Notes: generated by a model from the letters alone, not told the origin. Counted from the whole stretch's first letter, positions 42,119-54,705 are shown. The stretch is 63,455 nucleotides of DNA, filler included, from Diploschistes diacapsis (GCA_023645945.1; 9 parts of 9 records of this genome joined end to end with filler, not necessarily neighbours in it); one strand, 5' to 3'. A program made the numbers and translations.

Positions 42119-43281
42119 TCAGTCCTTGGCTCGAAGATATTCCACCACAGCTGAAGCGGGTTATTGGTGTGGCAATAGGCCTTGGGTGAGGGATCAATTA
42201 CCTTGTCTAAAAGCCTCCGGCTGCTCAGAGATTACCCAGTGACCACTATCAATATCTCGGATTTCGAAGAGGGGGAAAAATCGACCAATAAGGGGTATCA
42301 TCTCGTCAGGAACATAATGGCTCTTGGATCCTCGAATCACGAGTGTACGGCCGTCGTAGCGAGCAAGATCGGGATCCTTGAACGGAAAGTCGCCCATGTT
42401 GTCCAAAGCACCAGCCAGGATCTGTACTGGGATGCGGAATTTGAGGGTTCTAGAATCCTGGTCTCGTACAAGGTTGGTGAGAATGAATTGCCTTATTGCG
42501 AGTTGCTAGAAGGTATTCTTTTCAGTGGGTGTTCCTGATGCCATAGATCTCACCAACATTCTCATAAGGTTTCAAGATGTCGTCAGCTTCCGCTTGCTTC
42601 GTAACACCAGCTTCGACGATCCTCTTCATACCTTGCACATACCTGGCAAAGTCGCTTTTGAGAACTGCATCTGCCGGTGCGTTGTCTACAGGAATCAGTG
42701 CGCGGACGAGCTTGGGAGTCCGCAAAGCTACGGTCATGGCGACTTTTGCTCCCCTTCATGTGTCAGAAGAGCTGTTGTCGTCCTCAGTTTGACCACAGCT
42801 TACATGGAATGACCAATCAAGATCGGACAGTTGAGATTATGCTGCACGATGAAATCTTCAACGTCTGTTGCCATGGACTCGTAGTCGTGAACTTTGTGGT
42901 GCGGCGAGTCACCATGATTTCGCAAGTCCTAGCTGAGATGAGCAAGCTGGTTCTCGAGAGCGGTCGAGCATCCGCTAACAACAGCATAAACAACTGTATT
43001 CAGGTCTCGAGCTAGGGCCCTAGATCCAGTCTCAATGCGAAAAGCTATGCAAGAAAAAGGGAACCTTTGATCTCTCACCGGCTGATGCTTCTGTTATTCT
43101 GCTTCGAGCCGAAAAGGCCATGCATTATAATAATGGGCGCATTTTCGGGATTGCTTGCATGGTTTTGAGGCTCATGCAAGCTATAAGCCAGATTTAAGTG
43201 GCGAACCTGAAGTGCTCTCTTCCGCAGAAAGGATGATCTAGAGTACAGCGACGGACGTTGTCCACGAAGCACAGCGGCCAT
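42119..43281 (-). CDS. Alpha/beta hydrolase, ABHD11/IMO32-like, probably mitochondrial (about 6 exons)
   Basis: Arg-rich N-terminus; MHGLFGSKQN, DLRNHGDSPH, IGHSM-GAKVAM nucleophile elbow, VDNAP, GHWVISEQP. Confidence 0.88.
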
Positions 43282-43929
43282 AGGGATTTCCTACAGTATC
43301 TGAGATTCAGTTTTGCGAGGGAACATGCTTCTTGAAGGGGAACCGTTGATACCCTTGCCCTGGTAAGGTATAGATAGCCCTACTTACGGGACTATGCCAA
43401 AATTAGTAAGCACTTCACACGATTTAAATGAAAATTCTTAGGGAGGGTATGAACTTGAGGCCCTACAACGGACGCAGTAGGTTATTGTGACCTACAGGGT
43501 CATAGATCCCCCGCTACCACAGCTGCGCACCTACATATAGTGTAATAGGGAAACAGTGCTTCGGTGTTCCTGAAAGCATTGTGTTCAATCTTTTGGCTCA
43601 GTGGGATAGTTGCTACCTATTAGGCACTACCCCCGCTGTTACAGTTATGTAAAATTACATCCATATTTATCCTGTGTGTATAATATTTAAAGTAGATCTA
43701 CGAAAATTCTCCAGATAATTTACATTAGCTATTTTCTCCCGTAAATACCGTAGATTTAACGGTTATTTTTTTCCCGATCTGAGCCTCTAGCATATACGAA
43801 AAACCTTGTCAATGCCCGGCACCAAAAATGCTGAGCCGCGCCAAAAGTAGCTAGCCGCTTAGGATCAGCCAGCTTGCTAAGCCTGGGGTAAAGAATTTCC
43901 ATGTCAGCAGTGCGAGTCGAACCCAAGGC

Positions 43930-44200
43930 CTTTGAAATGTTCACGTAGCATTAACGTTGGTGCTAGTGATAACGTAGCTGATTAAGAGAGTATTTACTCT
44001 TAGCGTTGCTGTATGTTTAGCCCTTCGAAAGAAATTGTAGAATTATTAAAAAAGATTACAAAAGAAGTTATAAAATAGTATAAAAAAGATTATAAAATGC
44101 GTAAAAAGAAAGGGCCTGAAGATATAGAATAATAACATTGTATGTTAAAAACAATATTTTTAATAAAACTTCTAATCGCTCAGCGTGTCATATTTGAGTT
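43930..44200. repeat. AT-rich degenerate repeat relic between the hydrolase and MDH promoters
   Basis: TA-rich tract with reiterated AAAAGATTATAAAA-like units; no ORF. Confidence 0.4.
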
Positions 44201-44479
44201 ATCTAGGGTATTGCCTCGGGTTGGATGAAAGGATGCTATTCACCCGTTTCTCCGCCGCCGGGGGTGCCAGTCCTTAAAGATAACTACGATTAAAGTTCTC
44301 CAGACTACCCCGCCATTATTCACCAGATGCCCCTCTTCAGGTTTTAAACCCGAGACAAACATACCGTTGTTTCAGAACTTCGAACACCTTTCACATCCTA
44401 CTATCCATCCCTATATCGAGCGTAGCATAAAGCAGGAATAGGGACAGCTTGGAGCTTTTTGTTATTGATCAAAGCCAAC

Positions 44480-45816
44480 ATGAAAGCCTGTGCGTCCACT
44501 GGCTAAACTTCCCTGCCAGTCTACTAATCGAATACGCAAACAGCCGTACTCGGAGCCTCTGGGGGCATCGGCCAAGTAAAAAGAATCAATAATTGCGGGA
44601 ACCTATCTAATCTTCTCTTAGCCACTCTCGTTACTATTGAAGGCTTGTCCCCATCTCGATGAGCTTTCGCTCTACGATGTTGTCAACACCCCGGGCGTCA
44701 CTGCCGACCTCTCTCACATATCCTCCGTCGTGGTAGGTTCTCTAAGTATAGCTTGTATCCAAAAGGCTGTGCTGACTAGCACTAGAAAGTGGCTGGTTAC
44801 CTTCCTGCAGATGATGGGTTGAAGCATGCGCTAACAGGGACTGATGTCGTCGTTATTCCTGCAGGAATCCCGCGTTTGTTCTCACCCTTCTCGAAACAGT
44901 CATTCTGTCTAACTCGAGTAGGCAAACCTGGAATGACACGTGATGATCTCTTCAAAATCAACGCGGGCATCGTGAAGACACTCGTTGAAGGCGTTGCGCA
45001 GCATTGTCCCAAAGCCTTTGTACTCATCATCTCCAACCCTGTCAACTCCACTGTCCCTATCGCTGCCGAGGTCTTGAAGAAGGCCGGAGTCTTCAACGCT
45101 CAACGTCTGTTCGGAGTAACGACTTTGGATGTGGTGCGCGCCGAGACTTTCGTTCAAGATATTACTGGTGAGAAAGACCCGGCGAAGACGGTCATTCCCG
45201 TCATCGGAGGGCACTCAGGCGAGACAATCGTTCCTCTTTTTAGCCAGGCGAAACCTGCTGTCAACATTCCGGCGGACAAGTATGATGCATTAGTGAACCG
45301 TGCGTATTAGGCTGCTCTCAAACTGATATGTCTACTAATTCTTCCCTTCAGGCGTGCAATTTGGAGGTGACGAGGTTGTGAAAGCGAAAGACGGTGCAGG
45401 GTCTGCAACTTTGTCTATGGCATATGCAGGATTCCGGTGACTGATATTTCTGCAACGCAAAAGCGCGACTAACTGAGCATCTAGTTTCACCGAAAAGCTC
45501 ATCAAAGCAAGTAAAGGGGAGAAAGGAATAATTGAGCCAACTTTCGTCTACCTACCGGGCGTGCCTGGGGGTGAGGCCATTGCAAAGGAAACCGGCCTGG
45601 ATTACTTCTCCGTCCCGGTGCAACTAGGAGTAAGTCAAAAGATGCTCTGGTTTTAATATGCTAATCATTCCCAAGCCCTCCGGAGCTGAGCATGCCACCA
45701 ACCCACTGTCCGATATCGACGCAAAGGAGGAGAAGCTGTTGAAGAACTGCCTCGCTGGGTTGAAGGGTAATATTGAGAAAGGGATTGAATTTGTTCACAA
45801 CCCTCCACCAAAGTGA
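44480..45816 (+). CDS. MDH: NAD-dependent malate dehydrogenase without mitochondrial presequence (8 exons)
   Basis: [75 protein letters not shown]; ends NPPPK*. Confidence 0.95.
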
Positions 45817-46177
45817 TTGGCCCCCGATTCTTCTTACACTTGTGCATGGTCCGTCGTTGCACGATTTTTGCAAATGCAGATTCTTTGCTAGTACCCAAGC
45901 CGAGCGATGGATGCTTTTCTATCATTGTGCATGCAGATTGCCAACCCTAACGTCGGCCAGAACTGATCCATAGAATTCTCTCTAGGCTTTGAAAAATACC
46001 GAGTAGGCGTCCGACGCTGTGTTAGGCACTGTTAGGTTCAAGCGGATAACGCAGACGCAAGCTCATAACGGCTCCGGGTCCTAAATATCGAGTGTGTGTT
46101 GTTGCGCTTGATCCACATATCAGAAAACGAATCCAATCCTAGATTCTCCATTCGGTGCATAAATCATGAATTGTATA

Positions 46178-46941
46178 TTACGGTTTTGCAACGGCGGTCT
46201 TAATTTGGAAAACCGCACTTGGCAATTCTGTACTTTCTGCTTGAACAGTAGCACTGATGCCCATGCTCGCGAGAGAGCCTCTTACTATCCCACACGGGAA
46301 CCATAAGAACTATAGGCATGAGTCAGGACATCGCAATAATATCTCAAGCTTACAGGTTGTGCTTTTGCTATTGCTTCTGTAGAAGACCGCATGCTCATGC
46401 GCGAAAAGGGTTTAAACGCACTGTCTGTGAGAACGTAGACACCCTAGCATTCCAAGTCAGCGTCTTTCGTCTTTCTTCAGTTCTTGCTCAACGGAAGAGA
46501 ATACCCTATGATTAGTCTTGAGGTTGTCGATCGGCTTGCGGAAGAGAAGCGTCCACAAGTCCTTGCACAGGAACTTGATCGCATCTAGGTTATCTGTGAA
46601 TCTAGGCCGATCTCGTGAAAATCTTGTTGTTTCGTTTGGTTAGTAAAACAACGATCCCATGGGTCTAAACCGAGATCAAGACCTAATTAGTCTGCATACC
46701 TTTCCACCAACCCCTGTCCAACTCTGTATCCCAACGTCTCCAGCCTCCGAAAAACGACGTCTCGATGGACTTCTCCGTCGGACGATTTGGTACTATGCTC
46801 AGAGGTTTTTGCCAGGTCCTCCGCCATACGCTGGGCAAGGGACACGACCTCAATAAGAATGAAGTCAAAACAGGATGCATTGAGGAAGATGGCATGAGGA
46901 TCCGACGCATTGTAAGGCGGAAGAGGGGTTTCGAAAGACAT
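46178..46941 (-). CDS. TRS33: TRAPP complex subunit Trs33 (4 exons)
   Basis: RLETLGYRVGQGLVER-FSRDRPRF..LDAIKFLCKDLWTLLFRKPIDNLKTNHR-GVYVLTD..FLWFPCGIVRGSLASMG. Confidence 0.93.
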
Positions 46942-47277
46942 GATGGGTAATAACTTGAAATATCAAGCTAGATTATAATCTATGCGAGCCGCAAATCATA
47001 CTCCTCCCATAGACAATTAAAAAGGTAGACAAGACACATTTATCGCTGGTTGAAGAGGCAGTATAGTATATATATATATATATTTTTACAGGATAATATC
47101 AAGTACCGGGCAGGCGAGCCTTCATGATCCTTCTGCGAAGTGGAAAAGGCAAGTAAAGAAAAGACTTAAAACACTCGGTAGGTTAATGGGGATTACATCC
47201 GGACATCCATGCTTTTTTGTTTAAAATATTAACCTAAACAAGTTAGTCTGCTTAATAAGCAACCTTATAATAACGTA

Positions 47278-47381
47278 ACGTGTTTCACCAGGAAACGGGT
47301 CACCCCACGAAGCGGGTCACAATCCCTGCACCTTCGTATAATGTAATTGAAAACAGATTTAGTTTCGTACAAATAATTTTA
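47278..47381 (+). mobile_element. Left part of a pogo/Fot1-type MITE interrupted by a Harbinger insertion
   Basis: TA|ACGTGTTTCACCAGGAAACGGGTCACCCCACGAAGCGGGTCACAATCCCTGCACCTTCGTA closely matches 53483-53545. Confidence 0.85.
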
Positions 47382-49742
47382 GGCCCTGTTTGGTGGTCAG
47401 CGTAGAGCATGCGTAGAGCCTCTACGTAGCTTGTACGAGGTCACATGACACTCTACGCTCCCACCAAACGCTTCTTTTCGTAGAACGTTTACGTAGACGT
47501 CGTAAAACGTCTATACGTTCTACGATTACTAAAATTTTCGTAAAGTATTATAAAAACTCGAGAACTCTTACAGCATTCTACGAATTAATTTAAAATAAAT
47601 AAAAACCCTATCGCCGCCGTTTCTACCGTCTTCACCGCTTATTTCCCCCTTTTACCTACCCAAAATGAACGATTTTTAAGTTAAATATCACGAAAACCAC
47701 GATAGAATAATCGTTCTCTTACTCGTTAATATTGCGCAATTATACGTAATTTAATATTTCGATAAAATCCCTCGGAATCTAGATTTAAACGTTAAAGAAA
47801 CGTATCTCGTCTTTTTTTTCTATTAAACGCATCTTAATCGCTATAAAAAGATCTTGCGTATATCTCGTATAACTTTTTTAAACTTTTACGACTGACTCGA
47901 AATTAATACGCCCTTTTAAAATAATTATTACATCTTTCGAATATAAAAAGTAATAATCTTTTTATATATTTATAAATAAGAAACATTATAATACAATACC
48001 GCCGAAATTTTTCGACATTCGTTCTATATAATCTCTAAATAAGTCTTATATTCCTATAGGTTTTCATTAATTATTTATAAATATTTTAATAAAATCTTAT
48101 TTTCCTTCTTTTTCCTTTATCGCGCCGTCGTACGGTAAAGCACCGCGGACGCCCTCGTCCCTTCTCGAATCGCCGGTAATCTAAAGTTTTCCCCGTGATT
48201 TAACGACTGCCTCGGCGCCCTGAACGGCATCCATATAGAAGCTTAGATATCTAGAGAGTCTGCCGCCTTTTACCGCAATCGTAAAAGCGCGTTCTTATAA
48301 AACGTACTTACTGTCTACGGTTTCGACCTATAATTCAATTATATTTAACCTGGGTGAAAGAGCTCGACGCATAATGCGCGGGTTTTATAAGATGCACTTT
48401 CGCGGGGAAGATTCTGTGTCCCTACGGGGAAGTATTATCTAATAAATGCTAAATATGTCAATAAAATAGAAACTCTGACGTCCTTTAGAGGCGTTAGATA
48501 TCATCTTAAAAAACAATAACTTACTATTTAAAAATAATCCTTTTTTTCTTTTACGATTACGATACTAACAAATATCTAAACCTTAAAATACGAAAGAATT
48601 ATTTAACCTCCGACACGCCTCGCTCCGCAACGTAATAAAACGAATTTTTAATATTTTAAAACGACGTTTTAAAATATTAAAGACGGCCCTTAAATATTCA
48701 ATTAAGATTCAGGTAAGTCTTATATACGCGCTCGTAACGTTACACAATTATATACGACAAAAGGCCGGGATTGAAGTCTTAAAAACTAATTTAAAAAAAA
48801 AAGAAAAAAAAGAAAAAACTGACGTTCTTTTAATACCGTTGGTATCATCTATATCTATAAAAATGGATAATAAAAAAAAGGAAATAGTTTTTTAAATATA
48901 GGAAGCTTATACGGCTTATTTGGGTCATTTATATGTCTAAATTTCTGTTTTTATTATTTATTTTTTAATTATTTTAATAAGCTTTTTATATAATTTAATT
49001 TAATTTATTTACAGCGCGTTTGGGTTTAAAATAACTTTTAAAATATTTTTTTTATCTTCTATATCGCGTACATTTATATATATATACGCGTTAATTTGTT
49101 CTTATAACAAAACGCAAGCCTAGAAACGCCAGTTTACCTCATGATCTTTATAATCCTTTATAAACATCTCGATGGCTCTATCGATCACAAATTTTTACTT
49201 TTCTTTCTCCTCCGCTTGTTATTCTTTTACCGCCCTCAGCTCCTTTACCATCTCGTAGACGGCATCGATCACCCTATCGCCTCCTATTTTACGCTTTCGT
49301 TTACGCGTTATTTAAAAAAATCTCGTCTCCGCGAATCGTTCTATTATTATCGAGCGAAAAACTGATATAAAGGAAGAAACTTACGTCGAAGTCGGGCTTA
49401 AACAGCCCGATAACGCGAAGAGCTGTAAGTCAAGAAAAAACGGAAAGAAAGAACGAGGCGGGTCGTAACTCCGTACGGTAAGAATACTACGAACATGCGC
49501 TCCGATCGCTGTAATAATAAAATAAAGCTCTTCCAACTATTCGAAATAAAACAAAATCTACGTTTTAAAACGCGTTACCCTTAAATAGCTTTACGACGAT
49601 AAGTTTCGTCTTATTTTAAAATAATTATTAATTTATTTTTAAATATTTAATCCAAAACGTATCGCTAGCGCGAAGAAATCCCGTTTCTTCGTCCTAACCT
49701 ATTTTTGACGCCTTCTTCAGCACCTTTTAAACTATATATATA
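47382..49742 (+). mobile_element. PIF/Harbinger DNA transposon inactivated by RIP-type transitions; right end beyond contig
   Basis: TTA target then GGCCCTGTTTGGTGG terminus; transposase relic F-NDCLGALNGIHI, YRNRK, PG*KSSTHNARVL, GKYYL, FRGVRYHLK, ELFNLRHASLRNVIKRIFNILKRRFKIL (about 48190-48680). Confidence 0.9.
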
Positions 49743-49994
49743 NNNNNNNNNNNNNNNNNNNNNNNNNNNNNNNNNNNNNNNNNNNNTTAATTAATTAANN
49801 NNNNNNNNNNNNNNNNNNNNNNNNNNNNNNNNNNNNNNNNNNCTCCCGGATCATGTGTTCTCATTCGCTCGCTTAATAAAACGTGGGCTTGACGCAAGCA
49901 AGTAATCACGTGCACTTACAGCAGCTCTCGACAACTAGACACAATTACCCGGTTGTGTTTGACAGAACCGCCAGAGCTCCCTCACAATACAAAA

Positions 49995-50975
49995 ATGTCT
50001 GAACAAATCGAGACAACAGCTCCTCAGGCGGAAGACGCCGCCGGCTCCGAAAACACGACGTTCCGGCTCTTCATGGACGCCAAAGCCTCGTTCCCTTACC
50101 CACCAATCGAAAGCAAAACCTCCACGGCAACCTGGGCTTCCTCTGCCCGTGTGAAGGCGGCTCTGGGTCTTCTTACGCCTGCCCAGCAGGCGGCCGTGTG
50201 CCGCTACATGAGACCGAGCGATTCGGCGCTGGCACTGTGCTCAATCATTCTGAAGAGACTGGCCATCATGCGAGCCTGCAACTTGCCCTGGACGGAGAGC
50301 GAGTTCTCGCAAGAGAGACAAATACGGAACGGTAAGCCGTACTTCAAGAGAGGAGGGGTGGAGTTCAACGTCAGCCATCACGGCGAGATCGTCGCTTTGG
50401 TTGCTACCACGATCCCTGGGGTCCATGTCGGGATCGATGTGGTACAAGTGGACACGGACCGTGACAGGCGGGGACTGGAGAGGGGGGGGAGCTTCGGAAG
50501 CTGGGTGAGCATGTTTAAAGACGTCTTTTCCGAGCGAGAGTTGGACACTCTGCGGGGTCTACAGCAAGCTTCACCGGACCTCAGCGATGAGGCGGTTCTT
50601 GCAACTAACTTCCGGCGCTTCTATGCTATGTGGGCTCTGAAAGAGTCGTATATCAAAATGACAGGCGATGCACTCATGGCGGAGTGGATACGTGAACTAG
50701 AGTTCCCCTCCAATACGCCGCCGCCTCCTTTACTGCCACGCCCCACTGAAGGATGGGAGTGGGGCCAGACTGCCGTCACGGGTGTTAGTATACATGGCAA
50801 GCTTGTTGATGACGCTCGGATTGAGCTTGATACTCTGAATGGAGATTATATGATTGCCACAGCCATCAACAACACGGCAGTGCTTCCAAACTTCGAGCAG
50901 GTGGTGCTTTCTGAAGACGCGTCATCCCTCAAATGTTGTCTCCGAGGCAAGCAGACGTGTTCTTATACGCTATAG
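49995..50975 (+). CDS. npgA: Sfp-type 4'-phosphopantetheinyl transferase (NpgA/Lys5-like)
   Basis: NGKPY..EFNVSHHG..VGIDVV..FYAMWALKESYIKMTGDAL; intronless. Confidence 0.92.
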   Translation: MSEQIETTAPQAEDAAGSENTTFRLFMDAKASFPYPPIESKTSTATWASSARVKAALGLLTPAQQAAVCRYMRPSDSALALCSIILKRLAIMRACNLPWTESEFSQERQIRNGKPYFKRGGVEFNVSHHGEIVALVATTIPGVHVGIDVVQVDTDRDRRGLERGGSFGSWVSMFKDVFSERELDTLRGLQQASPDLSDEAVLATNFRRFYAMWALKESYIKMTGDALMAEWIRELEFPSNTPPPPLLPRPTEGWEWGQTAVTGVSIHGKLVDDARIELDTLNGDYMIATAINNTAVLPNFEQVVLSEDASSLKCCLRGKQTCSYTL

Positions 50976-53482
50976 GTGAAGGGTAAACGTCAATGCTAGG
51001 ACGCGATTTCTGGAGTTTGCCACGATATCTCTTTAGCGAGAGCCACAATCTTCTTTACCAGGCACGATCACCACCGGCACTCGGCATGCTTCAATTATGA
51101 AGAGATGGATGGTGAGAGGCAGCGCCGCGCTGAGATAAGAATAGCGAGGATACTAGACCTACGGTGATCACCCCAACACCAGTGGATTCAATGTAAGAAT
51201 CTGAGAATATTGAACCTGGGACACAGAAGATCTTCGTACTTAGTCGTGCTAATTTAACTATAAGGTGTTCGATGTAGGCGTTTCCTATTCGTAGCTTCTG
51301 CCTCTTCCTTCCAATCCAGGTGGGTCTTTGAAACGGTAGAGTGGTAAGAAGCAACTTGAATGGCGAGATTGTGGGTGACTTTTTGCAATGATCTGACGTA
51401 TAGTCATGCCAATAGAAAAACTGTCATACTATCATTAAGAACGGAGGTGCTTATCCACTTACCAACCAAGGCCAGTGGTGTTTTCTGGATGCGCATATCA
51501 GCCCAGCATACACTCATCCCCCTTGAAGGTATGAAAGGTTGCGGCAAGTTTCGGCGGCACGATGCCCGTAGGAGCGCGTAAGCAAGGTGTCGAGCAAGTC
51601 ACTGTTTCGTGTCCTATCGTAGCGTACCTTCTGCCGAAGCTATAGAGTTATGGGAGGTTATAGAGCAGCGGAGTAAAGCTGTTGGGTGATCCGCCTTTAT
51701 GCCCAGTAGCAAAACATTCCCGGAGGGATTATGTCCGATATGCCACAGGGTTGCTGCAAACGGAGTTGGACCAGTGAATGCCCAAGGCGAGCGAAAGAGG
51801 AGCACCCCAAAAGGTAATTAGTGTACGCGTCCTTGATGCGTTGCCAAAGCATGACCTTGGAAAGGGCTCTTCGGAGCTTTTATGGGCTGGCTGTCGCCAC
51901 TGCGGCCCTTTTCTCCTTCTGCACAGCAAGAGACCCAGATCGCGATGGGCTCCGAAGCCGCCGACCTTAGTTTGTTGGTGGTCTTAACCCGTTGGTCGAC
52001 GGATCAGAACTCTGGAGCGAGGCAGTGTGGTGATCCTCTGCAGTATGGTGGCCGCCAGCCACCTCCCATCGTGACTTCGTGTGGGTTGTGTCCTGGTCAA
52101 CAACATTCGGGCATGTAGTAATATACACCTTCTCCGTTTGATCAAACGTTGATCCGTCCAAGCTTGGCACACTGCATGCCCCAATTTTCTAGTACCAGGC
52201 TTTGCTAGTTGCAACTTGCAACAGAGACGACGCATTACTTAAGGAAGAAACTTCAGTTGCAGCTCGCATGTTCCAATGATGGGGGGAAATGCCCCACCCT
52301 CTCATCCGGAGATGAACTTACTAATACCAGGTATTTTCCTGCCTCATCATGATCATTCGGCCCTTGATCCTTTGGTATCTGCACCCAAGGGCTGTGACGT
52401 ACTCCCAATGTATGTTGAGGGCTATGTTAATAATAATGCAGACACATTCGCCTTTGCCTACCTAGCCCTTATCATCATCTCGGAAAGGCGTGGCTGGAAA
52501 GAAGTGGTGGCAAGGTTCTTGTCACTCATCACACTGGGCATACCTCCGGATGTGAAGTAGGTTCGTAAGATGCGCCCTGACCTGGCTGTGTGGTGGATGA
52601 GCTTGGCTGGATATCATAGGCTTCTGCTGTGCCTCCGTTGTGGTATCCAGACCTTGTGTCTGTGGCTTATGCTTCAGAGGTGAAGAGTAACAAATGCTGG
52701 CCTTGTGCTTCTTCCAACAGACACAATACCTATGGGATACGTAGTCAGTCAGTGGTTGTGGTTTGAATCATGAGCGTCCACCAGTGATATGTGCCCAGGA
52801 TGGCTTATTGAATTTCCCTGGATAGACTGTTGCCTAGATCATTGTAGACTTTCGCTCCCATAATGCACATTACTCAAAGGCAGCATCATACACATGGTGC
52901 TTGCTGTGTTGTGTTGTGTTGTGTTGCGTTGCTCTCTGTTGGCCGGGGACGCATGCACAAAAAAAACTAAAAATCCAATTGGGTCTCCTGCTGTGTAGGT
53001 CGCACGGGAACTGGGACGTCGCAGCGTTCGCAGTGCTCACCCCACCTTCCCCCTTCCGCTTCTCGCAACATCAATAATGGATGCATCCGCCATGGCTGTT
53101 ATCCAGAATTATAGTTTCGGTTAAGTCTCTACGTTTTAGATCACGCGAGGTTTGGCTCGACCACCCCGAAAGGCAGCCGCAACTATATTCAATTTTTACC
53201 CAGTACCCCGCTCGAATTGACCAATTAAATCTAGTTTTGAATCACTATACCTATTTTTAATAAGCGGTCTCTTTTATATCCCATAACTTATCTTCAAATT
53301 TTACTTTTTGAACATTTATTAGGGCCCAAACTAGGCTTTTATTGAAGTAGAGTTCTGCCATAATGAATATAGATAATGCCGTTAATATAATTAAACAATG
53401 CAATATTTATGTGGCCCGAGAAAGGAAAACACCAAAAAATTTTGAATTTGAGTACGTAATTATTAATCTTTATAAAATAACA

Positions 53483-53680
53483 ACGTGTTCCACCAGGAAA
53501 CGGGTTACACCATGAAGCGGGTTACAATCCCTGCACCTTCGTAAAATGGATTTCTTAACATTTTCACCTTTCGTACGATAATTTTGTGGGGCCCAAAAGC
53601 TCGCTTAAAACTATCTAGCGTATTTACATTATAATGAGTAACCCGCTTCGTGGTGTAACCCGTTTCCTGGTGGAACACGT
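53483..53680. mobile_element. Complete 198-bp pogo/Fot1-type MITE with TIRs of about 43 bp
   Basis: ACGTGTTCCACCAGGAAACGGGTTACACCATGAAGCGGGTTAC ... GTAACCCGCTTCGTGGTGTAACCCGTTTCCTGGTGGAACACGT followed by TA. Confidence 0.9.
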
Positions 53681-53681
53681 T

Positions 53682-54317
53682 AGATTCGAAAGTAGTAGGT
53701 TTAAAGTCATAGATTCGAAAATAATAGGTTTAAAATAATAGGTTTAAAAGCAGTAAATTCGAAAACATTAAGTGCGAAAGCAGTAGATACAAAAGTAATA
53801 GGGTTTAAAAGTAATAGATACGAAAGCAGTAGGTACGAAAGTAATAGATTTTAAAACAGTAAATACGAAAGCAGTAGATTTGAAAGCAATAAGTGCGAAA
53901 GCATTAGATTCGAAAGCGATATATACGAAAGCAGTAGATACGAAAGTAGCAAACTCGAAAGCAGTAGATGCGAAAGTAGTAAATTCGAAAGCAGTAGGTG
54001 CGAAAGCAGTAGATACGAAAGTAATAGGTTCGAAAGTAGTAAATGCGAAAGCAGTAAACTCGAAAGCAGTAGATGCGAAAGTAATAAGTTCGAAAGTAAT
54101 AGATTCGAAAGCAGTAGATACGAAAGCAGTAGGTGCGAAAGCAGTAGATGCGAAAGTAGTAGGTTCGAAAGCAATAAGTGCGAAAAGCAGCAGACTCGAA
54201 AGCAGTAGATGCAAAAGCAGTAGGTTCAAAAACAGTAGATTTGAAAGCAGCAGGTGCGAAAGTAGTAGGTGCGACAGTAATAGATGCGAAAGCAGTAAAT
54301 GCGAAAGCAGTAGGTTC
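53682..54317 (+). repeat. 15-bp minisatellite, consensus GCGAAAGCAGTAGAT, about 42 units, truncated by contig end
   Basis: Tandem CGAAAG(C/T)AGTA(G/A)(A/G)T units; these account for the KAVDA / LLLS / STAF repeat ORFs. Confidence 0.93.
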
Positions 54318-54417
54318 NNNNNNNNNNNNNNNNNNNNNNNNNNNNNNNNNNNNNNNNNNNNTTAATTAATTAANNNNNNNNNNNNNNNNNNNNNNNNNNN
54401 NNNNNNNNNNNNNNNNN

Positions 54418-54705
54418 CACGGACACTACGGCTAAAAGTTTTAAAACACGGACACTGCCACGGCCGTGTCAGTGTCCGTGACGGTTAGTCTAGTTCTATT
54501 ATGTTCTAGAATATTCTAGAACCTTCTAGAACCTTCTAAAATATTCGAACATGTTAAAAGCTTAATAAGCAATCTGACTAACCTATTTAGGTTAGTATTC
54601 TGACAGATATTTCAATCTAAATATTTACTATTGTAGTTTTGTTATTGTATCACGTGCTCGGGTACTAGGGTCTGATCGGGTACTAGGGTCACGATTCTAG
54701 AGACC
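54418..54705. mobile_element. Cluster of transposon end fragments shared with other contigs
   Basis: CACGGACACT repeats (as at 17845-18230); ACTAACCTATTT(A/G)GGTTA palindrome (as near 17764); CTCGGGTACTAGGGTCACGATTCTAGAGA-type motif (as near 4748-4776). Confidence 0.7.

Noticed and set aside
45800..45990. Cryptic peroxisomal (PTS1) MDH isoform via readthrough or 3' alternative splicing
   Set aside because: Stop context is TGA-TTG and readthrough ends ...ILC; splicing to the CTAAC..CAG acceptor near 45960 gives ...KTDP*. Neither is PTS1-like.
49995..50975. PPTase as marker of a secondary-metabolite cluster
   Set aside because: No PKS/NRPS on the contig; it looks like the general NpgA/Lys5-type enzyme.
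53768..54365. ORFs with LLLS, STAF and KAVD repeats as genuine proteins
   Set aside because: By-products of a 15-bp repeat open on both strands; no ATG context or unique flanking domain.
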